A stretch of 64,000 nt of DNA from Dehalococcoidia bacterium (GTDB lineage: Bacteria > Chloroflexota > Dehalococcoidia > Bin125). The notes under the pieces are model-generated. The model was given only the letters and a program-made list of their open reading frames with translations, was not told the origin of the DNA and did no database searches. Each line of letters starts with the position of its first letter. Position 1 is the first letter of the stretch. The translations under genes and the position numbers were made by a program. The stretch is taken from the NCBI GenBank assembly GCA_965237475.1, contig OZ250140.1, forward strand, positions 483,549 to 547,548. Direction: 5' to 3'. Of the stretch, positions 7,664-20,956 are shown one piece after another.

Positions 7664-9018
7664 ACGGTGTAGTTCCCCCCGAGCGGCATCGGCCCACCCG
7701 AGACCGCCACTTCCGGCTTGACGCCAGTGACCTGTCTCGCGCCCGCGCGGCCTTGCAGCTGTTGAATGCAGTCCGTGTGCATCCAGACCCGGCTGCGGCC
7801 ACTGCCGACGTTGCCCCCGCTGGGGGAGACCGGGTTGGGGCCTTCGATACTGATGTCGGTCTGGTAGAAGTCCAGTGCTTCCCCGAACTGGATCCCGCGA
7901 TAGCCCAGGCCTTCCAGGTGGAATTGATGGAAGAGCGAGAAGCCGTCGTACATGTTTTCGAAGGAGAGATCGTCCGCGCTGATCCCCGCGCCCTCGTAGA
8001 TCTTGCGAGCGGTGCGCGCAGTGTCGGCTTCCACCTCATCGAGCGTGGGAAGCAAGCTGCGCGACCGGGTGTTACTGGACGCGTGATTGAGGATGTAGAC
8101 CGGCTTCTGGTTCATGTCCGCCGCCCGCTCGGCCGTGGAAAAGAGGTAGGCGCCGGACATCATGATCGGAATGTCGTTGTCGAACAGGTTGGCGGGCTTC
8201 GCGATCCAGCGCGCCGCGAGATAGTCCTCTGCTCCAAGTTCCTCGGGCCGGTGCTGCGCCCAGTAGCCCTCCGGAAACATCAGCCCGTTGCGGCGCGAAT
8301 TCTCCATGAACGGCGCCATCATTTCGTGGCTCTTGCCGTACTTCCGGCAATACTCCGCGAATTGCAGGGCCGTGCTGTACGAGGCGGGAGCGCCCCATAG
8401 TTGGGTCATGGCGGCGGTGCCAGGCAGGGCGTCCCCGGCGTTGGCCCCACCCTGGTAATAGCGGCCCTCGAAGTTGTGCCAGCTCTTGACCACGAGGCAA
8501 GTGTGGGTCAGACCGTCACCCACGGCCTGAGCCGTCACGTTGAGCGCGTTCGACATGCAGCCGGGGCCGTACATCGTGAACTGGACGTTGCTGAGCTCCG
8601 GCATGTTCGCCAGCAGCCACTCGGTACTGATCTTCGCGATGCCGTCGAGCGGGTCCTCCGTCTGCTGGAAGCTCTGGATCACGTCCAGAGGAAGCGGCTT
8701 GCCCTCCTCCCAGAACGCGCCGGTCGTGGTGTCGCGGACGACCACCAGACCATCGATCTGATCGGGCGCGACGCCGGCGTCGTCGATCGCCTGCCGCAGC
8801 GCCTGAATGCTGATCGCGCCGACGCACGTCTCCGGGCGGCCGTCCCAGCGCCGGTTTGTCGGCGCGTGGCCGACGCCGACGGCGGCGACCTTGCCGCGGT
8901 GCTCCCAAATACCAAGCCCTTCGTCGTTGCGGTACATCGCAACCGGTGCAGTTGGTGTCGTCACTACGCGTACTCCTTGCGGCATGGGCTGTTCAGGTGG
9001 ATCGGGATCAGCCAGCAA
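7642..9018 (-). CDS. thiolase-like protein (SCP-x / lipid-transfer type)
   Basis: 458 aa. Thiolase-fold length. Paired with a downstream-overlapping DUF35 OB-fold protein, the classic arrangement. Confidence 0.7.
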   Translation of the reverse strand: MLADPDPPEQPMPQGVRVVTTPTAPVAMYRNDEGLGIWEHRGKVAAVGVGHAPTNRRWDGRPETCVGAISIQALRQAIDDAGVAPDQIDGLVVVRDTTTGAFWEEGKPLPLDVIQSFQQTEDPLDGIAKISTEWLLANMPELSNVQFTMYGPGCMSNALNVTAQAVGDGLTHTCLVVKSWHNFEGRYYQGGANAGDALPGTAAMTQLWGAPASYSTALQFAEYCRKYGKSHEMMAPFMENSRRNGLMFPEGYWAQHRPEELGAEDYLAARWIAKPANLFDNDIPIMMSGAYLFSTAERAADMNQKPVYILNHASSNTRSRSLLPTLDEVEADTARTARKIYEGAGISADDLSFENMYDGFSLFHQFHLEGLGYRGIQFGEALDFYQTDISIEGPNPVSPSGGNVGSGRSRVWMHTDCIQQLQGRAGARQVTGVKPEVAVSGGPMPLGGNYTVWSASPD

Positions 9019-9421
9019 TCACGCGCCACTCGGGCACGAGCTGACCGTTCGCCGTGGGCTCGAAGATCACCTCGACGGCCGCGCCGAGCGGCACGTCGTC
9101 GACCGGCGTGCCGGGCAGGTGCGAGAACATCTGGATCTCCGGGTCGTCCTCCAGCATGATCACGGCAACGTTGAAGGGCTGATTCTCTTGGAGCAGCCGC
9201 ACGGGACAGTCATGCACGACGCCGTAGTTGTAGATCGTGCCACGCCCGCTGACGGGCTTCCACTCGAGTGGATCGCTGGCGCCGCACTGGCGGCAGGCAT
9301 CCGCCGGCGGATGCTGCAACCGATTGCAGGCGCGGCAGTTCTGGATCACCAGGCGCTCTTCGTTCGCGGCGTCCCAGAACGGCTGACTGAAGCTGTCCGG
9401 CAGCACGCCTTGCTTGGTCAT
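9008..9421 (-). CDS. Zn-ribbon/OB-fold protein (DUF35 family)
   Basis: 137 aa. CRAC...CRQC zinc ribbon followed by an OB-fold-like segment. Overlaps the thiolase start by 11 nt. Confidence 0.7.
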   Translation of the reverse strand: MTKQGVLPDSFSQPFWDAANEERLVIQNCRACNRLQHPPADACRQCGASDPLEWKPVSGRGTIYNYGVVHDCPVRLLQENQPFNVAVIMLEDDPEIQMFSHLPGTPVDDVPLGAAVEVIFEPTANGQLVPEWRVIAG

Positions 9422-9703
9422 CGGTTCCCCCTGTCGCTGCGCGGCGCTGCTCGACCGCCCGCGGCGTTGCTGCAGAATACAGGCAGCGGCGGAGCAGTGA
9501 GCGATAGCTCGCCTCGAAGACGGTCAAACGAGGCCTGCCGCGGTGCAATCGCCCGCCGCTAGCCCGGACCCCTGATCCTCCGCGGCTCGCGAAAATTCCC
9601 CTTGCCACACACAATGTGTGGATCGTGTGGACGCGGAATCCGACGCGCAGCGATCGGACCTCAGGGAGCCAGAGCCGGACCGGAATTGTCCTGGGGCAGG
9701 GAC

Positions 9704-9735
9704 TTGGAGCGGGAGAAGGGGCTCGAACCCTCGAC
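9704..9735 (-). other. tRNA 3'-end fragment (T-arm, acceptor 3' strand and CCA), a candidate att-site remnant
   Basis: Minus strand reads GGTCGAGGGTTCGAGCCCCTTCTCCCGCTCCA: T-stem GAGGG/CCCTT, T-loop TTCGAGC, acceptor CTCCCGC, discriminator T, CCA. No matching 5' acceptor strand (GCGGGAG) or anticodon arm upstream. Confidence 0.4.
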
Positions 9736-9769
9736 CCGCTGCTTGGGAAGAAGGCCGGTCGAGTCGGAG

Positions 9770-10516
9770 TCAGCAGTGAAACAGCAGGGATCTTGCAGGG
9801 GGTCGGCAGGGATTCGGAGCGCAAGTTCGGCTGCAGGTCCGTGTGCTCCGGCCGGCGTCTGGCTTCCGCGGGCTCGGTGTCGGCGCCGCTTCGGCCAGCG
9901 GTTCGGTAGGGGTCCGTTCGGACCGGCATCGTCCGTGATCATCTGATCGCCCGGGGGAGAACGACTGGGCGTGTCGCAAGAAGAGGTCGCGCGGCAGTTG
10001 CGGCGGCCCCAGTCCCACGTCTCGAAGTGTGCGCTGGGCGAGCGCCGCGTGGACGTGATCGAGCTCGCCGCGTTCGCGGATTGCTACGGGCAGGCGCTGA
10101 CTTACTTCTCCGGCGAGACGGCCTGGCAGGAGCCGCCGGCGCCGAGCGGCCGACGCAGCCGCCTCGGTGATGCCGCGCTCCTCCATGACCAGGAAGCTGG
10201 CGCAGTCGGTCAGGCTCCAGCGCTGATCGGGTCGAGCCGCGTGGCGCGCAAGCGCTGCTCGAAACTGCTCATCCGACTGAGCGACTATTTCCACCTCAGG
10301 GCGGCTCTGTAGCTCTTCGACCAACAATACGGCTCGTCGCCGTGAGACTTGACCGGCTCTGGCTACAAAAGCGAGCACTTCGACCAGCACCGTTTGGGTT
10401 GTCAGGATCTGAATCTCGCCGAGTGCTTCAGTCACCGACTCGGCCCGATTCATGAGCTGGTCGGCAGTTCCGAGCTCGGCAACCCAGTAGCCGGTGTCGG
10501 CGAAGGCCGTTCGCAT
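9770..10516 (-). CDS. PIN-domain toxin (VapC-like); PIN domain about 10120..10516, C-terminal 100 aa of the ORF low-complexity (possible frameshift or late stop)
   Basis: N-terminus MRTAFADTGYWVAEL...SLTDCASFLVMEERGI carries PIN acidic residues. Its start overlaps the antitoxin stop by 1 nt (TGATG). Confidence 0.55.
   Translation of the reverse strand: MRTAFADTGYWVAELGTADQLMNRAESVTEALGEIQILTTQTVLVEVLAFVARAGQVSRRRAVLLVEELQSRPEVEIVAQSDEQFRAALARHAARPDQRWSLTDCASFLVMEERGITEAAASAARRRRLLPGRLAGEVSQRLPVAIRERGELDHVHAALAQRTLRDVGLGPPQLPRDLFLRHAQSFSPGRSDDHGRCRSERTPTEPLAEAAPTPSPRKPDAGRSTRTCSRTCAPNPCRPPARSLLFHC
9947..10312 (+). pseudogene. XRE-family HTH protein fragment (first helix missing)
   Basis: ...LGVSQEEVARQLRRPQSHVSKCALGERRVDVIELAAFADCYGQ... 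is the second half of an HTH_XRE. A stop lies immediately upstream in frame. It overlaps the convergent PIN ORF. Confidence 0.35.
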
Positions 10517-10818
10517 CAGTCCTCTTCTTTGGGGTGCCCGTACAGGTAGTGTTTGTAGTTCTTGGCGCCGTCGGTCGGCAGTCCGTCCGCGGCGGCGTCT
10601 GGCACAGCCTCGCGAATCCGTCGGATCATCCCCGGCAGAGTCTCTGACTCCGACCCTTCGGGCAGCGACGCCTGCGCAGGTATTGCAACGACTTCGATCG
10701 TCACCTCGCAGCCATTCTCGAGTTTCAGCGGCTCCAACGGCGTCAGCATGCCGCCGCCGAATCGAGCTCTCCCGCGGAAACTCGGCCTACTCTCGGGTTT
10801 GAGCGTGATCCATATCAT
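10516..10818 (-). CDS. DUF104-like (AF2212-type) antitoxin partner of the PIN toxin; the likely real start is the internal Met (MLTPLEPLKLENG...)
   Basis: 'LTPLEPLKLENGCEVTIEVVAIP' matches the small PIN-associated antitoxin pattern. C-terminal '...NYKHYLYGHPK'. Confidence 0.45.
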   Translation of the reverse strand: MIWITLKPESRPSFRGRARFGGGMLTPLEPLKLENGCEVTIEVVAIPAQASLPEGSESETLPGMIRRIREAVPDAAADGLPTDGAKNYKHYLYGHPKEED

Positions 10819-12075
10819 CGGTTCGAAGCTAACCGGCCGGATCCCAGCGGAGTTGGGCCAGATCGCAGGACTGCGAGAGCTGTGGCTGCTCGATGATCAG
10901 CTTGAGGGTGAGATTCCGGTGGAGGTTGCTTCGTTGCCGTACCTCTGGTCTGTGGACTTGGGGGGTAATCAGTTCAGCGGCGAGATCCCGGCTGAGTTCG
11001 GTAGGACCGGGCTGGGGATCTTATATCTGGGAGGGAACCGCCTGACTGGTGAGATCCCCCCCCCGAACTGGGATCGGCCGTGTCGCTGCACGCACTGGAC
11101 CTCGTTGCGAATTTGTTGACGGGCGAAATTCCGCCGGAGCTCGGTTCGCTCAAGGGCCTTAACTTCCTGCACGTGAGTAGCAATCGGCTAACGGGCGAGA
11201 TTCCGCATGAACTGGGCGACCCCACGAACCTGAGGGAGTTGTCGGTGAGTACCAATCAACTGACGGGTCCGATCCCGTAAGAACTCGCCGACTTGCCACA
11301 CCTGGTGCGATTCGGATGCGTCAACAATCAATTGACCGGCTGCATTCCGACGGCGTTGTGGTCCAAGTTATCGGTGCCCGTGTGGGACGACGGCACGCCG
11401 ATCGGGACCATCGACTTGCCTTGGTGCGACGCCGTCGAGGTGCTCGTGGCGACACCGCCGCTCAATCCATCGCTGGTCGAGGCCTGCGCGAGCGGCGGCG
11501 CTCTGGCCGATTTCGAGCAGAGCCAAGATCTGATCAACGACTGCGCCACCCTGCTCGAGGCGAAGCAGATCTTGGCCGGTGACTCCGAGGTCTTGAACTG
11601 GAGCGCCGTCACCCCGCTCGCGGAATGGATCGGTGTCGGGTTGGACGCATCGACAGGCAGAGTCCGGAGTCTTGGACTTTCTCGTGAAGGGCTCAGCGGC
11701 CGGATTTCGTCGGTCCTCGCAATCCTGACCAGCCTCGAGTGGTTGTCGCTGAGGGGCAACCGAATGACCGGCGAGATTCCCGCCGAACTCGGGCAGCTCC
11801 GCAACCTCACCCATCTGGTCCTGAAGTCGAATCAGCTCAGCCGCGAGATCCCGGTGGAGTTGGCCGAGCTGAGCAAGCTGCAGACCATCGGGTTGTCTGG
11901 CAATGAATTGACCGGCGAGATCCCGACCGGGTTCGGGACGCTGCCGCGCCTGACCCGTCTGTATCTGAACGCCAACCGGCTCGAGGGCTGCATCCCAGCC
12001 GGACTGGAGCGATTCAGATTCGACATCCGCGATTTCAGCAACCCGAAGCTCACACACTGTGGCAACAACCGGTGA
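10800..12075 (+). pseudogene. plant-type leucine-rich-repeat (LRR) protein, degraded: N-truncated, frameshift at a C9 tract, in-frame TAA
   Basis: Repeated LxxLxLxxNxLTGEIP units. An LRRNT_2-like cap (LNWSAVTPLAEWIGV) sits in the middle. The frame breaks at the CCCCCCCCC run 11056-11064. TAA at 11278-11280 falls inside an LRR unit (...LTGPIP*ELADLPHLVRFGCVNNQLTGCIP). Confidence 0.6.
11056..11064. repeat. C9 homopolymer at the LRR frameshift site
   Basis: gagatCCCCCCCCCgaactg. Adding or removing one C restores ...GEIPPELGSAVSLHALDL... Confidence 0.8.
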
Positions 12076-12273
12076 TCGCCGAGTTCCCGACACGGTGGAG
12101 CGGAGAGAGCATTCGTCTGGATCCCTGTCGGCGGCGAGCGTCGCTGACCAACGGGCAGGCGCCGGAATACAGATCGAGTGCGAACTGAGTCATGAGGTTC
12201 CTCGATGCGGTTCGGCGTGGTGCACCGGTTAGTCAACACCGCGAGGGGTCCTGCAACCGCTCTGCCTGCGCCG

Positions 12274-15360
<3,087 letters not shown>

Positions 15361-15389
15361 GTCCTCGAGTGAGGCTTCATCGAGGAGGT

Positions 15390-16169
15390 TTATTTTGCTG
15401 ACAGGATCTGTTCCACTTCGTCCGGGCGCGACCAGAGGGCCACCTCGGAATGCTGCTCCACAAGGGCGAAGTCCTCGTCACGCCACACATCTTGCGTGTC
15501 GTCGAATAGTGAGACGAACACCAGGTCCGACCGGTCGGCCTTCAGGTTGCTGAGGTCGACGCAGCCTGCCAGCACATGCTCCGCGATGCGATGTGTCGCG
15601 CCGCGCGTGCCGGTGCTGAGTAGGAAGATCATCGATGTGCGCGACGCGGAGCGGACGCGATAGTCCACAGTCCATTCGCGCGCCGAGCGCCCCACGGCTT
15701 TGATCTGACGCTCGACACTGAATCTTCGGCCGCGCAGCCACTCATCCACATCATCTGCGATGGACGCCGCACCGCGCGAGCGGAACGTGAACCAGATGTC
15801 GGTGACTCGCACCGCGCCGAGCGCTACCCGATTGACAGCATCTGCAACGGCTGCAACACCCTCGCAGCGCGCCACCAACCGGCCGCGATCAAACTCCAGG
15901 CCTTGAGTCCGGCAGATATCGGTGATCAATGAGCGTTGATTTTGTGAGAGGTGTTCGGCGATCGACTGCATCCGCAGCCATCCAGTCGCGTCGCCGTGGT
16001 CCGTGACGACATGCTCGACACCCCGGTCCAGCACGAACACGTCGACGGCGCCACCGTCGGGATACGTTAGGGGCGTTCGGACGCGGACTCCCTCGCTTGG
16101 CGCCGGAGCACATTCGTAGATGGCGGGGAGCGTGATTCGCAAGGAGTCGCACAAGAGGTCTGGTGTCAT
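15390..16169 (-). CDS. hypothetical protein, possibly DUF1828/DUF1829-type (from memory)
   Basis: About 260 aa. Its ATG overlaps the stop of the upstream ORF (ATGA at 16166-16169). Sits between hsdM and hsdR. Confidence 0.45.
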   Translation of the reverse strand: MTPDLLCDSLRITLPAIYECAPAPSEGVRVRTPLTYPDGGAVDVFVLDRGVEHVVTDHGDATGWLRMQSIAEHLSQNQRSLITDICRTQGLEFDRGRLVARCEGVAAVADAVNRVALGAVRVTDIWFTFRSRGAASIADDVDEWLRGRRFSVERQIKAVGRSAREWTVDYRVRSASRTSMIFLLSTGTRGATHRIAEHVLAGCVDLSNLKADRSDLVFVSLFDDTQDVWRDEDFALVEQHSEVALWSRPDEVEQILSAK

Positions 16170-16651
16170 AACGCGAGCTCCGCCTGCCACTCAGGATTAT
16201 GCAGGATACCCCAATGAATGATCTTCGTCTCCGCGCAAAACTGCTCCCAGACCTCGAGAGGCTGATCCCACGTGGCTGTGATGTCCCCGGGCTTGTAGGC
16301 CCACTCGGCCTTGAACTCTTCCGTCCAGCGGTGCTTGTGGGTGCCGTGCGGGCAGTCACAGGCGACGCGCCGCCCGCGTTTCCGTGGGCACGACGGGTTG
16401 TGGTGGAGAAGGTCGCCAAGATCGAGGCCGACGATGCGGCGGGCCCGCCGGTGAACCAGTGTGAAAGTCAGCTTGCCAGAATGCGGGTTCCACCATCCCT
16501 CAACGAACAACGGCCAGTCGGCTTCTGACTGCACGCCGGCGCGGAACCCCTGCGCCGCCGAGTGGAACTCGTCTGACGTCCAGACGATATCGCCGGTGAT
16601 CCGTTTCGTGTCATCGGCGAGGAGCGATTCGAATTCTTGCTGGGTGAGCAT
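16166..16651 (-). CDS. hypothetical protein with a Cys/His cluster (HHNPSCPRKRGRRVACDCPHGTHKHRW)
   Basis: 161-aa ORF, translationally coupled to the downstream gene. Possible zinc-binding or His-Me-finger-like nuclease motif (speculative). Confidence 0.45.
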   Translation of the reverse strand: MLTQQEFESLLADDTKRITGDIVWTSDEFHSAAQGFRAGVQSEADWPLFVEGWWNPHSGKLTFTLVHRRARRIVGLDLGDLLHHNPSCPRKRGRRVACDCPHGTHKHRWTEEFKAEWAYKPGDITATWDQPLEVWEQFCAETKIIHWGILHNPEWQAELAL

Positions 16652-16782
16652 GGTAGAAGGCTCGGTCCGCGGGCCGGCGTCGCTCGCCAGGGGTCAGCTC
16701 GCGAGCCGCGCAGCTAGGGCTGCCTGTCGCGCGATCGATGGGGCGCAGTGGTTAGGCGAGCGTAACCTGTGCGGCATTCCAC

Positions 16783-17409
16783 TCAGGCGGCCGATCCGTT
16801 CGCTTGTGCTGGTTGCTCGACCATCGTCCTTAGGTCGCTGATCATCCATTCGAGCATCTCGAGATTGCGAAGTGTGGTCGTCTCGTTGCCCACGCTCCGT
16901 CGAATCGTCAATAAGAACTCGCTGAAGGTCGTGACAAATTCCATTCCATTCTCTAGAGTGGGCTGGCTGGAGTCGATCGCCGAAGAGGTCGCATTCTCCA
17001 TCGCGTAGGCGAACTGCATCAAGTTGTTGAACGCACGGATGACTTCGTCGCTCGCAAACAGCGATAGCTTGAACGCAGCCTGACGATACTCGATCGACTG
17101 CATCACTTCGGCGCCACTCTTCGCCTTGCGACCCTTCCGCCGATTCGGTTCGCCGGAGTCACCCAAGCCCTCGCTGAATATGGCGATAAACGGCGCGAGA
17201 ATGTTGTTGTAGACGTCGACACGCTCGTCCCTGATCTCCTCTTCGAGCTTCTGTGCCCTCTGGCGAGCCGCAGCTTCCTTCGCCTGAGCCGATTCGATCC
17301 GTCGTTGGAACACCCACAGTATGCCGGAAGCGAGGACGATCAGAATCGGCGTGACAATCGATCCGATCGCGGTGATGATCTCGAGGGTGGTCGGCGCGCC
17401 GGGATCCAT
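16783..17409 (-). CDS. hypothetical single-pass membrane protein with a coiled-coil; lower GC than surroundings
   Basis: TM helix LEIITAIGSIVTPILIVLASGILWVF followed by a charged coiled-coil region (QAKEAAARQRAQKLEEEIRDERVD). The local sequence is AT-richer than its neighbours. Confidence 0.5.
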   Translation of the reverse strand: MDPGAPTTLEIITAIGSIVTPILIVLASGILWVFQRRIESAQAKEAAARQRAQKLEEEIRDERVDVYNNILAPFIAIFSEGLGDSGEPNRRKGRKAKSGAEVMQSIEYRQAAFKLSLFASDEVIRAFNNLMQFAYAMENATSSAIDSSQPTLENGMEFVTTFSEFLLTIRRSVGNETTTLRNLEMLEWMISDLRTMVEQPAQANGSAA

Positions 17410-17557
17410 CAGGTCGCTCCCTCCCCGATTCTTGTGCCGAATGTGGCGGCCGATCCGAGTCCAATCGAAATGAGTCGGGGCAAGAGTGTGTCCCAAGTGG
17501 TGTCATGTGCGCCCGATGGACGGCACGGATGCAGAGCCTGTGAGTGCGGTCGCGGGA

Positions 17558-19027
<1,470 letters not shown>

Positions 19028-19148
19028 GTTGGTCTACCTGCGCTTCCTCGGTACCAGGAAGTCGTGTGAGGGTTGTCGCAGGGCGAGGATACTGCCACTA
19101 CCCCAGCAGCCGCCAGATCCCGATCGGGCCGTTGTTCAGCGCACCGTG

Positions 19149-20087
19149 CTAGCCGACCGCGGGGAGGCCTTCGGCGCGCCGGACTTCGTTGATGGTCTCC
19201 ATCACGCGCTGTTGGAACGGGGCGTACTGGATTTCGAACTCCTCGACAAGACGCGAGTTGTCCATCAGATAGAGTCCCGAATCCTCGTGCCCGCCCTCGT
19301 CGGCCTCGAACGTGATCTCTGCCTCGGGCAGGAACTCGCGCACGGTATTTGCGAGCTCGCCCATGCTCGTCGGGTTTCCGCCCGAGTTGTAGATCGAGTA
19401 GTGCGTCTCCTCGGCGAGCGTCACGCGCAGGAACACTTCGGCGATATCGTCGACGTGGAGTGGCAGAGTCATGGTGTCGCGATAGGGGAACTGGACGTGC
19501 TCGTTGCGTGCCGGAAGCACCTGGCACTGGACGTGGTTCATCGAACCGCGCACCTTGTCCGGACCCGTGATGTTCGCGGGCCTGACGCCGGTGATGGCCA
19601 TGTCGAACGCGCGGTTGTACCAGTCGGCCTGGTGTTCGTTGAAGGTCTTCGAGACCGCGTAGATCCCGGTGCCAAGCCGAAGGTCCTCCTCGGTCACGGC
19701 GCGGTCGCCGTGCAGGCGCTGCGGACCGTAGACGGCAAGCGAGCTCGCATAGACCACGCGCCGGATCTCGAGCATACGAGCCGCTTCAAAGCAGTTATCC
19801 ATGCCGAGGATGTTCAGCCGCACCTGGGGATGGGGGTCACGCTCGGACGCACCCAGGGCGTACGCGAGGTTAAGCACGCGGTCAGGCTTGCTCAACGTGA
19901 GCGCCTCGACGACATCGTCCATGAGCGTGATGTCACCGCGGGTGATCTGAATTCGGTCACGTAGCGGATCGAGCGCGGGAGCGTCCGGAGCGATGTCCAT
20001 GCAATGGACCTCGTGTCCATGCGCTACCAGCTCACGCATCACGCGTGGGCCAATGAAGCCGCTTCCGCCAAGTACTGCAACACGCAT
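19149..20087 (-). CDS. NAD-dependent epimerase/dehydratase family protein
   Basis: 312 aa. N-terminal VAVLGGSGFIG Rossmann motif; extended-SDR fold. Confidence 0.8.
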   Translation of the reverse strand: MRVAVLGGSGFIGPRVMRELVAHGHEVHCMDIAPDAPALDPLRDRIQITRGDITLMDDVVEALTLSKPDRVLNLAYALGASERDPHPQVRLNILGMDNCFEAARMLEIRRVVYASSLAVYGPQRLHGDRAVTEEDLRLGTGIYAVSKTFNEHQADWYNRAFDMAITGVRPANITGPDKVRGSMNHVQCQVLPARNEHVQFPYRDTMTLPLHVDDIAEVFLRVTLAEETHYSIYNSGGNPTSMGELANTVREFLPEAEITFEADEGGHEDSGLYLMDNSRLVEEFEIQYAPFQQRVMETINEVRRAEGLPAVG

Positions 20088-20263
20088 CCTTCACCGCCCC
20101 CTTACCGACTTGCCACTGCGTTTGGCGCCAACCTAGCACAGCTGCCAGCTCGAACGTTGATCGTGCGGTCTCATCAGGTGCACCCATGGGCTCACCAAAC
20201 CGGACAGAATCGAGAACGTTCGAGTCGACCTTCCCGCTTGAGTTCTAGGGAAGCTCTGAATAA

Positions 20264-20320
20264 CTCTCCCCCCGGCGTGCGGGGGGAGAGGGGATCCGAC
20301 TTGTTCAGGGGATTCTTAGT
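20264..20320. repeat. MITE/REP-like element copy C (opposite orientation to copy B)
   Basis: ctctccccccggcgtgcggggggagaggggatccgacttgttcaggggattcttagtc. Confidence 0.65.
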
Positions 20321-20617
20321 CCGCGAGGCGGGGTGCGCTGACAGATGGCACAATCCGCCGTCGCGATCTACAGTATGGTTCACAATTCGGTACGCGTAGG
20401 TCACATTTGCTGGACCATGCGGAACCGCATTGTGAAATTTAGCCGGTGAGGCCGCATTGTCGCTTGGGAAGGCAGCCCCAGCGCGAACAGCACAGAGCTG
20501 AAGTGCCGCGTTCCCGATGGGTGAGAGCGCCTACGGTGAGCCCCGGCGAGTAATGGTCACCGCTCGTTGGGCTGTGTTGCTGCGGGGGGACCAGGCGCGG
20601 CTTGCGACGACGAGCGG

Positions 20618-20905
20618 CTACGTGCCTTCTACCAGGACCACGCTCACATCGGCTCCCGAGGCCGCCCGAATCGCTTTGACGTGATCGTATTCGGGGGTTG
20701 CCAGGAATGCCCGCGCGCCCTCGACGCTCTCAAACTCGATCACGGCCACGCGCTGAGGAGTCAAGCTCCCCTCGAAGATCTCAGAAGGAGCGTGCTCGAC
20801 GCGATACGTCCCGCCATGCTCCGGCGCCCTGGCGACCAGCCTCGCCCGCGCGTCTGCGTAGGCGGAGTCATCCGCCATCTCCAGAACTGTGATGTAGGCT
20901 GTCAT
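20618..20905 (-). CDS. DUF1330 domain protein
   Basis: MTAYITVLEM...VIEFESVEGARAFLATPEY...VSVVLVEG pattern typical of the ~95-aa DUF1330 family. Confidence 0.6.
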   Translation of the reverse strand: MTAYITVLEMADDSAYADARARLVARAPEHGGTYRVEHAPSEIFEGSLTPQRVAVIEFESVEGARAFLATPEYDHVKAIRAASGADVSVVLVEGT

Positions 20906-20956
20906 GCCGAGCCTCTCTCTGTTCTCAACCGGTAGTTCGCGCGCAGCCAATATATT

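Noticed and set aside
9600-9625. Near-palindrome CCACACACAATGTGTGG upstream of the DUF35/thiolase operon as an operator
   Set aside because: Imperfect, and no adjacent regulator gene; insufficient evidence.
9704-9800. Complete tRNA (or tRNA-Sec) or tmRNA 3' end on the minus strand
   Set aside because: Only the T-arm, acceptor and CCA fold. No complementary 5' acceptor strand and no anticodon stem within 100 nt. An 8/5 tRNA-Sec geometry also fails. Treated as an att-type fragment.
15390-16651. Possibility that the two coupled genes are a split, divergent hsdS
   Set aside because: Combined length (about 420 aa) fits, but I see no duplicated TRD architecture and no conserved HsdS central or distal repeat motifs. 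Kept as an open question in the findings.
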